50,785 nucleotides of DNA from Candidatus Velthaea sp. Its GTDB lineage: Bacteria > Vulcanimicrobiota > Vulcanimicrobiia > Vulcanimicrobiales > Vulcanimicrobiaceae. The stretch lies in the NCBI GenBank assembly GCA_050012475.1, contig JBEKHC010000043.1, forward strand, positions 1 through 50,785, written 5' to 3'. The position numbers were made by a program, and so were the translations under genes. Each line of letters begins with the position of its first letter. The first letter of the stretch is position 1. The notes under the pieces were generated by a model. The model saw nothing but the letters and a program-made list of their open reading frames with translations. It was not told the DNA's origin and did not search any database. Positions 1-9,623 of this stretch are shown here, one piece after another.

Positions 1-530
1 AGCGGCGGTTTCGTCAGCATTCATCGTCGCTAGCAGTGCGGCAAATGCTGGCTGAGAGAATCCGCCCATCCAAGCCCAATCCGCAAAGATCTCTCCCTCG
101 ACGACGATGCTGGTTTCGTTCAAACTTCCTATCGCTCCAGTTCTCCGGGTAGCAGATCACATGCATTCGGTCGGAAAAACTTCGAGCCGGTGAACACGAA
201 CACCTGTTCGAGCTACCCGAATAGCGGGGCACCAATTGACGGCCGAATGAAGACGGTGGTGATTGGTGCATCATCGATCGTGAGGCTCGCTTCGCGCTCG
301 AGGAACGGTCGATGGCTACCAACGGGCAGAGCGTTGATCAGCTCGTCGAGGGTGCGCGTCGACGGGTACCCCGGCCGAGTCATGACCGGACTATTCGCCG
401 CAGTCGCTCAGCCTTCTTCCGGGTCTATAATTGCAGTTATAGCTTCTCAACGTCGTCACGGTCGAAGCCCGCGGTAGCGCGTGCGTCGTGGCTCTCGCCT
501 GCCGACCGTATTCGCCGTATGATGTCACTC

Positions 531-1565
531 ATGGCAGAGTCGCACACCGTTGCGCGAACGTTTCTCAAAGGTTTCGCTGCAACTCTGGCCGCACAGCCGT
601 CCGGCCTCGTCGTCTACGAGAAGGGCGGGGACCTGGCCGCACAGATCGCCGCGCAAACTCTCACTAGCGCCGAGTACATATCGACCCACACGGATTTTTA
701 TATGTTGGTCCAAGAGGGTGGCGCCAAGGATCCGTTGCTCGAAGAGTCGCTTTCGAAGATCGAACAACACTGGCCGAGCTTCGCGAGAGCGCTCCGGACG
801 CCAGGCGTGTCACTCACGACGGGCCAGATCGGCACCTTGACAGCCATCGCCGGGCTCTGGGAAGCTCGTAGCCGACGGACCGTCAACGCGCTACAGCAGC
901 GCTTCCAAAAGAAGATTTCGCTGGAGCGATTCAAGCTCCAGAGCTCCGGACTGTTCGGAGCGGTCCTCGAAAGAGCGATCGCGGCCTTCGTACTCGAGCA
1001 CTTCGATCTGAATGTTGTTCACGATGTTGCGCCGACAGCGGAGAACTGGGCACTTGCAGCGGTGCCGGAGCTCGCGAAGAGCAATTTCGAGATTTTGCGC
1101 CGCCTGCATATAGCGGTCTTGACCGTCACCAATCCACCGGAAGGCCGACCGGTCGGGTTCTCTACGTCGGATCATCCCGTCGCCTGGGTCGATACGGTGA
1201 ACTTCGTTCGCGACGTGACGCCGTGCCCGATTAAGGTTGGGGCCAACGTCGAAGTTACTTTCCCGCTCTCAAAGACAAAGTGCTTACTCTTCAGCTATGC
1301 GCCAATTGTTCCTGAAGCGGATGTCGATGACGATACCGTTGATGTCATCAACGCGCGAAGCGCGCTTTGTGCACTCGAAGAAGTCTACGCTCCTCCGGCC
1401 GTCAGCGATGCTGACAAAGCGCGGCATTTGCGCAGCATGAATGGCGATTGCGATGCGTTTGCAAGCGTATCTGCTCGCATACGCGACCCAGACGGCCAAC
1501 CGATCGACGCCGGGGCTGTCTTGCGTAGCGTCGTCGCTGCGGTTTCGGCACCGCCGGCAGCGTAG
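531..1565 (+). CDS. DUF4238-like domain protein
   Basis: ORF 312..1565; ATG at 531 gives MAESHTVARTFLKGF, resembling the N-terminal H-x-V-x3-L-x2-F motif; internal F-x-TSDHPV and FPLS motifs resemble DUF4238. Confidence 0.55.
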   Translation: MAESHTVARTFLKGFAATLAAQPSGLVVYEKGGDLAAQIAAQTLTSAEYISTHTDFYMLVQEGGAKDPLLEESLSKIEQHWPSFARALRTPGVSLTTGQIGTLTAIAGLWEARSRRTVNALQQRFQKKISLERFKLQSSGLFGAVLERAIAAFVLEHFDLNVVHDVAPTAENWALAAVPELAKSNFEILRRLHIAVLTVTNPPEGRPVGFSTSDHPVAWVDTVNFVRDVTPCPIKVGANVEVTFPLSKTKCLLFSYAPIVPEADVDDDTVDVINARSALCALEEVYAPPAVSDADKARHLRSMNGDCDAFASVSARIRDPDGQPIDAGAVLRSVVAAVSAPPAA

Positions 1566-1680
1566 TCCATATCTGTCCGGCGCCGAAGCGCTGGATTGGT
1601 CGGACCGAGCACGTGGCCTGATTTTGCGAGAAGAAGTTGCGGTGATCACGGACGGTGAGACGTTCCCGACATGGCTTCAC

Positions 1681-2478
1681 TCAGAACTTGTCCGCGCGAG
1701 CTCTGAAGGCGACCATTTGATTCGACAGTGACTCTAGCTCGGGAATCGGCGTGCCGTTCTTATGGACGGTGAGCAAAAATTCCATGAGCAGAGTGACGAG
1801 CTTGCTAATTTCACGAATCACCGTAAAAATGCGGCTACGCAAGCGTGCATTGAAGTTGTCGTCGTCGTCGAGGTCGTCGAAGACATCGAACATGAGGACC
1901 GCCTCACCGTGGACGACTTGCGATGGAATGTCGTGCATCGTGTGATGTTCGCGCGTATTCTTCAGTTTTGGGTTGCGCCGGTCGTCGAGAATCCGCTCGG
2001 GCTTTTGTACTGCCAAGTGCATCCCGAGGAGTTTTTTATTCCCGGAGTATTCATCGCGATCCGCGTTCGCTTCGCGCCAGGTGTCAGCTGCCTCGCTCAT
2101 CTGCAACGCGACTTCGGTCTGTGGGGTTGCCTTCTCGAGCATGGAATAATTTCTGATCGGAATGGTCGTAAACTGCTTATGAGCGTCGTCATGATGCGCG
2201 GAGAAGTATTTGAGCTTTGTTGAATATTTGTAGACGCTGCGATTGAGAATAGCGATGCTGCGCGCGTAACCCTCGGCGGCGGCATCCGCCGCGGCCGACG
2301 CTACCTCGAGCATCAGAACCGAAAGATGAATTTGCCAGCGGCGCAACGATCGTGCTTGGTCTGTAAACTCAGGTGGCGGCTTCATGTGTGTCACGGCGGC
2401 ATTAAGAGCCCCGAGCATGATCTTCGCCAGCTTGACACCGTCACTTACAACCCCATCAAGAGTCTCTGAATCCGACAT
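1681..2478 (-). CDS. hypothetical helical protein, DUF5677/HEPN-like
   Basis: 265 aa ORF; AILNRSVY and C-terminal SQVVHG motifs resemble DUF5677-type proteins. Confidence 0.45.
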   Translation of the reverse strand: MSDSETLDGVVSDGVKLAKIMLGALNAAVTHMKPPPEFTDQARSLRRWQIHLSVLMLEVASAAADAAAEGYARSIAILNRSVYKYSTKLKYFSAHHDDAHKQFTTIPIRNYSMLEKATPQTEVALQMSEAADTWREANADRDEYSGNKKLLGMHLAVQKPERILDDRRNPKLKNTREHHTMHDIPSQVVHGEAVLMFDVFDDLDDDDNFNARLRSRIFTVIREISKLVTLLMEFLLTVHKNGTPIPELESLSNQMVAFRARADKF

Positions 2479-2632
2479 ATTGCTACCCCGCGAGCGCGTC
2501 GAAGAGCGATCGGTTAAACCTCGTCGACCGAACCTCTCGTGCCGCCGCGATGTAGCCGCGGCGCAGCGAGGTCGGCGTAGCGACGTAACTGACGACCAAA
2601 CCAGTGGCGTTCCGCCTCGCCGAAGCCATCCG

Positions 2633-3232
2633 CTATTTGCCGGTCGAAATCGGCGGCGCAGCCGGCGATGAGGTGTCCGTTATGAGCGCAACGGTTGACA
2701 TCAGCGCAAAAAAGCCAACCCCCACGAGCATCGCGGCGAAGCTGCGTCGCAGCCAGAGCGCTTTTTCGGCGCCGACGCTACGTTCATCGACGGCGTAATC
2801 ATTCCAGGCCTCTGTCAATTCAACGACGATCTTTGCTTCGTTGTCGGGCAAATTTGCAATCGACGGCAGATTATACGTAATCGGTGATGGCAAGTTGAAG
2901 GCTTGGCTGAAGTTCACGCGCGCTGCGCAGCCGATCGCGCCCACGAGTGCGATCGACGCCAGAATCGCTAACCACGGTTGCGCGCGATGGGCGTTTGCAA
3001 GCTGGAGCCCAAAGCCGAGCACGGCACTCGAGAGCACGATCACGCCACTTGCTTTTGTTTCGAGGCTCTTGTTTGCTTCCACCGATCGCGCGACGATTTC
3101 TTGCACGGCATCGTAGACGCGCGCGGCGGTAGCCACGGTCGCAAGCGGCGGTGTGTTGAGCAGCCGCTGCTCGGCCGCTTGGCGCTCGTCGATCGGCACA
3201 CTCTGCAACGGTTCGCGCTTCGCACCGAACAC
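2633..3232 (-). CDS. membrane protein with ~3 TM segments, Pycsar-effector (DUF5706)-like topology
   Basis: SLETKA followed by two hydrophobic segments, a soluble loop, then K-x3-LRRS and a third hydrophobic segment. Confidence 0.4.
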   Translation of the reverse strand: MFGAKREPLQSVPIDERQAAEQRLLNTPPLATVATAARVYDAVQEIVARSVEANKSLETKASGVIVLSSAVLGFGLQLANAHRAQPWLAILASIALVGAIGCAARVNFSQAFNLPSPITYNLPSIANLPDNEAKIVVELTEAWNDYAVDERSVGAEKALWLRRSFAAMLVGVGFFALMSTVALITDTSSPAAPPISTGK

Positions 3233-3760
3233 GATTGGTGCCCAAAGACGGCGAGCGTGATGAGCGTGCCCAGGACCAAGCCCAGCTCAAGGAAGGTGAT
3301 CGCGGTAGCGTTCAGGGGCGGGTCTCCTTGAGCGGCTCGGCTATGGTATACTTTGAACACCGATGGCCGAGAACCCGACTGCGCAGTCCCCCGCCCAACC
3401 GTCGTCGACACCGGCGAGCGCCATTCCGACGCCGACGCCCCGGCTCGATCGTATCGTTGAGGGCGCGGTCCTCACCGTCGCCCGGCCCAGCCGCTAGGAC
3501 TATCATGGCTGAGCAGCCCGCGAACCCGCCGCCGCAGCCGGCCAGCGCCATTCCAACGCCGACGCCGCGCTTGGACGTCGTGCAAAAGGCTGGCACGCCG
3601 CCACCACCGCCGCCGGACATCCGACCCGAAGCCGTAGCCGCTCCGGCTACCCTCGCGCCTGCTTCCTCTGCCGCATCGTGTCCGGTAAGCATTACCGGAC
3701 ACGGGAACTCTGCGGGCCGTTTTGTTTTTCCACCGACGTTTACGCCGCGACAGTCGTCGA

Positions 3761-4712
3761 TCAAAGCAAACCCAAACCAGGATGGCCGTCCCAGCGGGTT
3801 GCCCGTTGAACGTATCCGCGAAATATTGGAATACTCTTGTGGCGCGAATGCTGCATCATATCGCGCTCCGATCGGCCTTCACGCGCAGCCGTCGTAATCC
3901 AGCCGGATCGCAGCGAGTGTGCTGCAAACTGCTTAGACTCGAGCTTTACGTCGGGGTTTGCGGCCGCAAAGACATCGATCCTTTAACCAGCGTTGCTACC
4001 AGCGCAGGTTGGATCCGTCCGCGAATATTGCCGTGGCGATCGAGGGCGCGAAATAGAGCGCCTTCCGTGATGCCGGCGAGTTTGATCCACGTTGCGATCG
4101 CGCGCGCTGCGTCGAGGTCTTCGTTTCAGCAAACGGTATCAGGACCGTTTCCAGCAAGCCCTCTTGATTCGTCTTCGATCGCGTCAGCGTCACCGCAACA
4201 CCTACTTCATCATATTCCACATCGTCGACGTTAAGCGAAGCGACCTCGGAGCGCCGGAAGGCACCCGAGAAAGCGAGGAGCATGATCGCGCGATTCCGGG
4301 CGGCGGCGAGACGCTTTGCCTTCGGTTGATTATCTGCCGGCGGCGGTGGGAGCACGTCTAAAAGCAGGTCACGCTTCAACGCCTCTTTGGGTGTTTTCTT
4401 GACACCGCGCTCGCGACGCAATCCCCGCCATATCGTTTGCACGTAAACCGTCGCGACCGGATCGTCAAAGCCCGCGTCTGATGCGCTTTTGCAATCGAGA
4501 TAAGGTGCCGACCAACCGTCGACGTCGCGACACCGCGCTGCCGGCGTTTCCGTTTCACTGATTTCACGACGTCACCGGCTTTTCGTTGGTACTCTTCGTC
4601 GATTTCGGAACGCGAGCGATCGACGAGCCAGCGCAGGTAGCGCGCGACGGTACCGGCGTCGCAGGTAACGGCACAAATCCGCGCGAGAACGCCCAGCCCA
4701 TGAAACTCGCGC
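3761..4712 (-). pseudogene. tyrosine recombinase/integrase (Cre-like), multiply frameshifted and 5'-truncated
   Basis: Pieces in different frames: FMGWAFSRGFVPLP / TVARYL...STVGRHLISIAKAH / RNRAIMLLAFSGAFRRSEV...RSKTNQEG / ARAIATWIKLAGITEGALFR / FAAHSLRSGWIT...HSRHKS...GY, stop at 3761; shifts near 4665, 4475, 4125, 3980. Confidence 0.85.
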
Positions 4713-5681
4713 GACGGCCCCGACGACCTCGCTGCCCAGACCCCACAGCACGAACGTTTCACGATTCGTGATGTGATTGACCAACCAGCCGAAATTCTGG
4801 CCGAAGAAGCCGGTGATGAACGTCAACGGCAGGAAGACGGTGGCGACGATCGTGAGTTGTTTCGCGACCTCGTTTTGGCGATGGGATGCCAGCGAAATGT
4901 GCGTCTCGCGGGCGTTATTGACGGCTTCACGCGCTCCATCGAGTTGATCGACCACGCGTGAAACGTGATCCAGGACGTCGCGGTAGTACGGCAGTTCATC
5001 TGTCCCGAACAATTGCAGATCGCCGCGCAGAATCGGCGCGAGAATGTCGCGAACCGGGACGACCGCGCGCCGGAAACGGGCCAGCTCTTTTTTCATCTCG
5101 TAGATCTCGAGCAGCACGGCGCTAGTCCGCCGCGGGTCGCCGAGCAGCGCCGACTCGAGCCGTCCGACATGTTCCTCGAACGCTTCGGCGATCGCCGTGT
5201 AGCCGTCGACGACCGTGTCGAGGATGGTGTACAGCAACGCACCGCTATCGCGGCGCAGCCCCGCCGGGAGGACTTGCCAGCGGCGCTCGACTTCGTCGAG
5301 CGGGTACGGCGGCCGCCCGCGGGCCGTCACGATGAATTTCGCGCCGGCGAAAATAGAAACTTCATGAATGCGCAGCTCGTCGCCCTCGCGCGTCGCGCCC
5401 TGAACGACGACGAACCACGACTCGTCATACGCTTCGATCTTCGGCTGCTCGTGTGCTTTGAGCGCATCTTCGATGGCCAGCGGGTGCAGTCCGAATTCTT
5501 CTTGGAACAGGGTGAAATCGTGCGGCTGGGGGTCGACCACGTCGAGCCAGACGAACACGCCCGGTTCGCTGAGCACCTCGCTGATATCGGCCAGGCTCGT
5601 CAGCGGACGCGCCTGCGCCGTGTCGTCGTAGACCAAGCAGCGTGCCCCATTGGCCGGCACAGCGTCTTTCATCGCGGGCAT
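4572..5681 (-). CDS. corA: CorA-family Mg2+/Co2+ transporter, 3' end disrupted (reads into integrase remnant after ~4712)
   Basis: FGLHPLAIEDA, LTIVATVFLPLTFITGFFGQNF signature; second TM segment runs into an Arg-rich non-homologous tail. Confidence 0.85.
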   Translation of the reverse strand: MPAMKDAVPANGARCLVYDDTAQARPLTSLADISEVLSEPGVFVWLDVVDPQPHDFTLFQEEFGLHPLAIEDALKAHEQPKIEAYDESWFVVVQGATREGDELRIHEVSIFAGAKFIVTARGRPPYPLDEVERRWQVLPAGLRRDSGALLYTILDTVVDGYTAIAEAFEEHVGRLESALLGDPRRTSAVLLEIYEMKKELARFRRAVVPVRDILAPILRGDLQLFGTDELPYYRDVLDHVSRVVDQLDGAREAVNNARETHISLASHRQNEVAKQLTIVATVFLPLTFITGFFGQNFGWLVNHITNRETFVLWGLGSEVVGAVARVSWAGRSRADLCRYLRRRYRRALPALARRSLAFRNRRRVPTKSR

Positions 5682-5819
5682 GGTTAGGCACGGTTCGGAC
5701 GAACGCCGCTTGCCCGCGACAGTTTGGGACGCTGCAAGGACGGCAGCCGGTTACCATGACTCCATCATCAGTCTCGACCTCGAGCCGGCCGCGTGCGCGC
5801 GGCCAGGGAGCGCAGTCCA

Positions 5820-7106
5820 ATGAGCCTCGTCGAACGAGTCAAAAACATCACCTTTCGCCCGAATGCCGAGTGGCCGGTCATCGCCGGCGAGCCGTCGTCG
5901 CTGGGCGGCTTGTATACCGGCTACGTGGCGCCGCTTGCCGCGATCAACCCGATTGCCCTGTTCATCGGACTCTCGATCATCGGCGTGAGCATCCCGTTCA
6001 TGGGCACGTACCGGGCGCCGTTTTTCTCCGGCATCAGCCAAGCCGTCTTGTCCTTCGTCATGGTGCTCGTCGGGCTGCTGCTCATGGCCGCGATCGTCAA
6101 TGCCCTCGCCCCGACCTTCGGCGGCCGGAAAAATCTCAACGCGGCGTTCAAGCTCGTCGCGTATTCGGCGACCCCGGGCTTTGTCGCCGGCGTCCTGAGC
6201 CTCTTTCCGCCGCTGGCGATGCTCGAGCTGCTGGCCGCGCTGTGGGGGCTGTACCTCTTCTACGTCGGGATTCCGGTGGTAATGCAAACGACGCGAGACA
6301 AAGCGCTGCCGTACACCGCGCTCAGCATGGTTTGCGCATTCGTGATCGGGTTCGTGCTGAGCATCATGATCGGCACGGTGATGGGCGTCGTGGGCTTCGC
6401 GACCGGCGGTTTCGGTCATCAAGCGGTGGGCGCAGTCGTGCCGGGCGCGGATGAAGCGCAAGCCAAAGCGGTTGCGGCGACGATCATCGGCAACGCGATG
6501 GGCGGCAACGACAGCGACAAACAGCAAGCCGCCAAAATGATCGACGGCGTGGCGCAAGCCGGCAAGGCGGCCGATGCCGCAGCGGCCAGCGGCGATACCG
6601 ATGCGCAAGCCGCGGCCGGCGTCGGCGTGCTCAAGTCGCTGGTCTCCGGCGGAAAGGGCGACGTCAAAACGATCCCGCGTGAAACGCTCAAAACGCTGCT
6701 TCCCGACAGCGTCGCCGGGCTTCCGCGCTCGACGGCCCAGAGCAGCTCGGGGAGCTTCGCCGGCATCGCTGCTTCGGGCGCGTCGGCCGTCTACGGCGAC
6801 GACAAGAGCGGAACCATCGAACTCAGCGTTGGCGACATGGGCAACATGGGCGGCCTCGCGCTGATCGCCAATCTCGGCGCCAACCTCACCTCGACCGACA
6901 GCGATGAGGGGTACACCAAAACCGTCGAGATCGATGGCCGCAAAGTGCACGAGCAGTGGACCGTGGCGGGGAAGAAGAGTGAGGTCTTCGAGATCATCGA
7001 CAATCGGTATGCCGTGAGCGCGAGCGGCTCGGGCGTCGCGATGGATACCACGCTGCAGGCGCTCGGGAGCGTCGACGTCGCGCGCTTCACGCAGCTGCAA
7101 CCGTAG
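5820..7106 (+). CDS. Yip1-family membrane protein with C-terminal soluble domain
   Basis: MSLVERVKNI...P..EW..I start, five hydrophobic segments, AFKLVAYS and LYLFYVGIP motifs. Confidence 0.75.
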   Translation: MSLVERVKNITFRPNAEWPVIAGEPSSLGGLYTGYVAPLAAINPIALFIGLSIIGVSIPFMGTYRAPFFSGISQAVLSFVMVLVGLLLMAAIVNALAPTFGGRKNLNAAFKLVAYSATPGFVAGVLSLFPPLAMLELLAALWGLYLFYVGIPVVMQTTRDKALPYTALSMVCAFVIGFVLSIMIGTVMGVVGFATGGFGHQAVGAVVPGADEAQAKAVAATIIGNAMGGNDSDKQQAAKMIDGVAQAGKAADAAAASGDTDAQAAAGVGVLKSLVSGGKGDVKTIPRETLKTLLPDSVAGLPRSTAQSSSGSFAGIAASGASAVYGDDKSGTIELSVGDMGNMGGLALIANLGANLTSTDSDEGYTKTVEIDGRKVHEQWTVAGKKSEVFEIIDNRYAVSASGSGVAMDTTLQALGSVDVARFTQLQP

Positions 7107-7116
7107 CGGTCGCCAC

Positions 7117-7176
7117 GCGGCTTGCGGCGTAGCCGCAAACGCCACGGGTTCGGCGCAATGCGCCGAACCCTGCTGC
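7117..7176. repeat. REP-like palindromic repeat (family A)
   Basis: GCGGCTTGCGGCGTAGCCGCAAACGCCACGGG plus hairpin GGGTTCGGCGCA..TGCGCCGAACCC between convergent genes; related copies at 11630, 43575, 48826. Confidence 0.7.
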
Positions 7177-7571
7177 TAAGCGACTTCGTCGGGCCAGGCG
7201 GCGATGTGGCCCAAGGCGGCCGATTTGAGGACTTTGAGTCCGAGCGTGGCGCATTTCATGCGCGCGGGACTGATGCCGATCCCGACGTTTTCGATCACCG
7301 AGTCGACGGAAAGGTGCGCGACTTCTTCGAGGGTTTGGCCGCGAACGGATTCCAGCAGCATCGACGTTGCGGCGCGCGAGATCGCGCAACCCTTGCCCGA
7401 GAAACTGACGTCGTCGACGCGGCCCTCACCTGTCACGTGAATCTCGACGCGAATCGTGTCTCCGCATAACGGGTTGAGATCCTCCGCCACGGCGCTCGGT
7501 GCTTCGAGGTGGCCGAAGTTGCGCGGGTTGCGGTAGTGATCGAGAATGTACCCTTTGTAGAAATCGTCCAT
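7176..7571 (-). CDS. sufU: SufU-type Fe-S assembly sulfur-transfer protein (duplicate of 43658..44053)
   Basis: MDDFYKGYILDHYRNPRNFG...NPLCGD...GKGCAIS...RMKCA; same length as, and highly similar to, 43658..44053. Confidence 0.9.
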   Translation of the reverse strand: MDDFYKGYILDHYRNPRNFGHLEAPSAVAEDLNPLCGDTIRVEIHVTGEGRVDDVSFSGKGCAISRAATSMLLESVRGQTLEEVAHLSVDSVIENVGIGISPARMKCATLGLKVLKSAALGHIAAWPDEVA

Positions 7572-7700
7572 GGGTGCGAGCCGGGAAACCTCTGCCGCCT
7601 CTGGTTTTGCGGCGATCGGGACGCCGAAATCGGCGTCCGTATGGCATGAGTCGAAAATATTGGGAACGGTGGCGGAAGGTCGCGCGCAGTCCGGGGGCAC
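7572..7700 (-). pseudogene. sufS: decayed 3' remnant of sufS
   Basis: SATVPNIFDSCHTDADFGVPIAAKPEAAEVSRLA aligns ungapped (14/34 identical by eye) with the C-terminus SATARASFYIYNSEEDVDVLIGALEKAARVFRLA of SufS 44063..45313, in the same position relative to sufU. Confidence 0.7.
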
Positions 7701-7706
7701 GAGCTA

Positions 7707-7807
7707 GGGATGCTCTGATTTCGTCCTGGCGAGGAGCATAGCGGCGAAGTTTGCTTGAGCAAATGAGCCGCGTAGCGACGATGTCCAGGGCGAAATCAGA
7801 GCATCCC
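7707..7807. mobile_element. 101-bp MITE-like element (family B), copy 1
   Basis: Terminal inverted repeats GGGATGCTCTGATTTCG(T/C)CCTGG (22/23 match), TA on both flanks. Confidence 0.8.
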
Positions 7808-9174
7808 TAGACGCGGTCGGCCAAGCCTTCGAGCAGTTCGATGAAGTTGGTCACCTTCACCCGATCTTTGCCGCTGGCGCTGCCCAAGCTCTTCTCGTGG
7901 TCGTCGATCGCGAGCCAATCATGCCAGTAGGCGACGCGCACGCTGCGCTCAGCGAGCAGCCGATCGACCGCCGCCAAGTCGGGTTGTACGGCGCGCTCGA
8001 GTTTTGCGGCGTCCTCGAGCAGCGCGCGCGCGGTTTCCATTGCGCAGGCTTTATTCGTGCCGATGACGCCGGAGGGGCCGCGCTTGATCCAGCCGGTCGT
8101 ATACTGTCCGGCTAGCGGCTTGCCGTCGTCGGCAAGCACGCGGCCGGCCGCATTGGGGATCACGTGCGCGCGTGAATCGAACGGAACGCCGGGCAGGGCG
8201 CGGCCCCGGTAGCCGACCGCGCGCAGCACCATCTGCATCGGAATCCGCTCGAACTCACCCGTTCCGACGGCGTTGCCGCGTTCGTCGAGCCGGTTGCGCT
8301 CGATCACCAGCGCTTCGACGGCATCCTTGCCGGCGATCTCGACCGGTGAGGTGAGAAAGCGCAAATGCAGGCGCCGCGGTTTGCCCGTGAGGGGCCGCCC
8401 GGCAAAATCGCGCAAGATCTCCAGGTTGCGCTGGAGTGCCTGCTGCGCGGCGATCTCCGCGGCGCTGGCCGTGTCGAGTTCGATTTCTTTGGGGTCGACG
8501 ATGATATCGGCGTTGTCGAGTTCGCCCAGCTCGCGCAGTTCTTTGGTCGTGAATTTCGCTTGCGCGGGGCCGCGCCGGCCGAAGATGTACACGTCGCCGA
8601 TCTCGCTTTCGGCGAGTTTGTCGAGCACGGGGTGCGGAATATCGGTCGAGCGCAGTTCGTCGACGTGCTTGGCCAGGATGCGCGCCACGTCGACCGCGAC
8701 GTTGCCCACGCCGACAACGGCCGCGGCCTTCGCTCCGGCCGGAAGGTGCACGATTTCGCTATGATCGGGATGGCCGCTGTACCAGGCGACGAACTCGGTG
8801 GCCGACAAACTGCCGGCGAGATCTTCGCCCGGAATGCCCAACCGCCGGTCGTGCGGCGCTCCCACGGCATAGACGATCGCGTCGTAATAACGGCGCGCGT
8901 CGTCCACGGTGAGATCGGTCCCGAAATTGACGTTGCCCAAGAAGCGAACGCGCGGATCTTCGAGCGTCTTGTGAAACGTCGTGATGACCGATTTGATTTT
9001 CGCGTGATCGGGTGCGACGCCGTACCGCACGAGTCCGTAGGGTGTGTGCAGACGCTCGATGACGTCGATGCTGACCGTGTGGTCCTTCGCCTTGAGAAGC
9101 GCGTCGACCAGAAAAAGACCGGCTGGTCCGGCACCGACGACGGCGATACGCAGCGGCAAGGCGGGAGTGCTCAT
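7807..9174 (-). CDS. fprA: ferredoxin--NADP+ reductase, adrenodoxin-reductase/FprA type
   Basis: GAGPAG, PYGLVRYGVAPDH, GVGNVAVDVAR, RRGPAQAKFT, GWIKRGPSGVIGTN motifs. Confidence 0.85.
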   Translation of the reverse strand: MSTPALPLRIAVVGAGPAGLFLVDALLKAKDHTVSIDVIERLHTPYGLVRYGVAPDHAKIKSVITTFHKTLEDPRVRFLGNVNFGTDLTVDDARRYYDAIVYAVGAPHDRRLGIPGEDLAGSLSATEFVAWYSGHPDHSEIVHLPAGAKAAAVVGVGNVAVDVARILAKHVDELRSTDIPHPVLDKLAESEIGDVYIFGRRGPAQAKFTTKELRELGELDNADIIVDPKEIELDTASAAEIAAQQALQRNLEILRDFAGRPLTGKPRRLHLRFLTSPVEIAGKDAVEALVIERNRLDERGNAVGTGEFERIPMQMVLRAVGYRGRALPGVPFDSRAHVIPNAAGRVLADDGKPLAGQYTTGWIKRGPSGVIGTNKACAMETARALLEDAAKLERAVQPDLAAVDRLLAERSVRVAYWHDWLAIDDHEKSLGSASGKDRVKVTNFIELLEGLADRV

Positions 9175-9242
9175 AGCATATTATTCGCAGCCGAGGGCCG
9201 AGAACACTCCGCGGTTTGCCGCTCGGACATTTGTCGTACCGG

Positions 9243-9623
9243 TCAGTACTCGCTCAAGGCGTCGTCTCCGCATTCGCGCGTTCGGACGCGCATCGCCTCG
9301 AGCACGGGCAGCACGAAGATCTTGCCGTCGCCCGGGACCCCGGTTTTGTTGGTCCCGATGATGGTCCGGATGGCCGCGTCCAGATCGTCGTCCGAAACCA
9401 CGACGCTGAGCATCCGGCAGGGCAACAGCATCGGTCCCTCGCCGACTTGCACGCGGGGTGCTTCCGCGCGGCTCTCATCGCCCATGTGAACGGCACCGCC
9501 CTTGCCCAAACGGCCGCGGCCGACGATGTTGCGCGCGGTAAAGGCGGAGAAGCCCGCGTCGGCGAGCGCGATGCGGGTTCGATTGGCGCGTTGGTGCCGA
9601 ATGAAGGCGACGATTTGCTTCAT
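9243..9623 (-). CDS. nifI2: PII-family nitrogenase regulator NifI2-like
   Basis: MKQIVAFIR...T..AL..AGF.AFT...GRG..., TNKTGVPGDGKIFVLPV; long T-loop; coupled to nifI1 (ATGA overlap). Confidence 0.8.
   Translation of the reverse strand: MKQIVAFIRHQRANRTRIALADAGFSAFTARNIVGRGRLGKGGAVHMGDESRAEAPRVQVGEGPMLLPCRMLSVVVSDDDLDAAIRTIIGTNKTGVPGDGKIFVLPVLEAMRVRTRECGDDALSEY

Noticed and set aside
1..500. Short ORFs at the window start
   Set aside because: No motif, RBS or consistent coding frame recognised
3235..3897. Pro-rich 220-aa ORF
   Set aside because: Low complexity, overlaps the integrase remnant on the other strand, no recognisable motif
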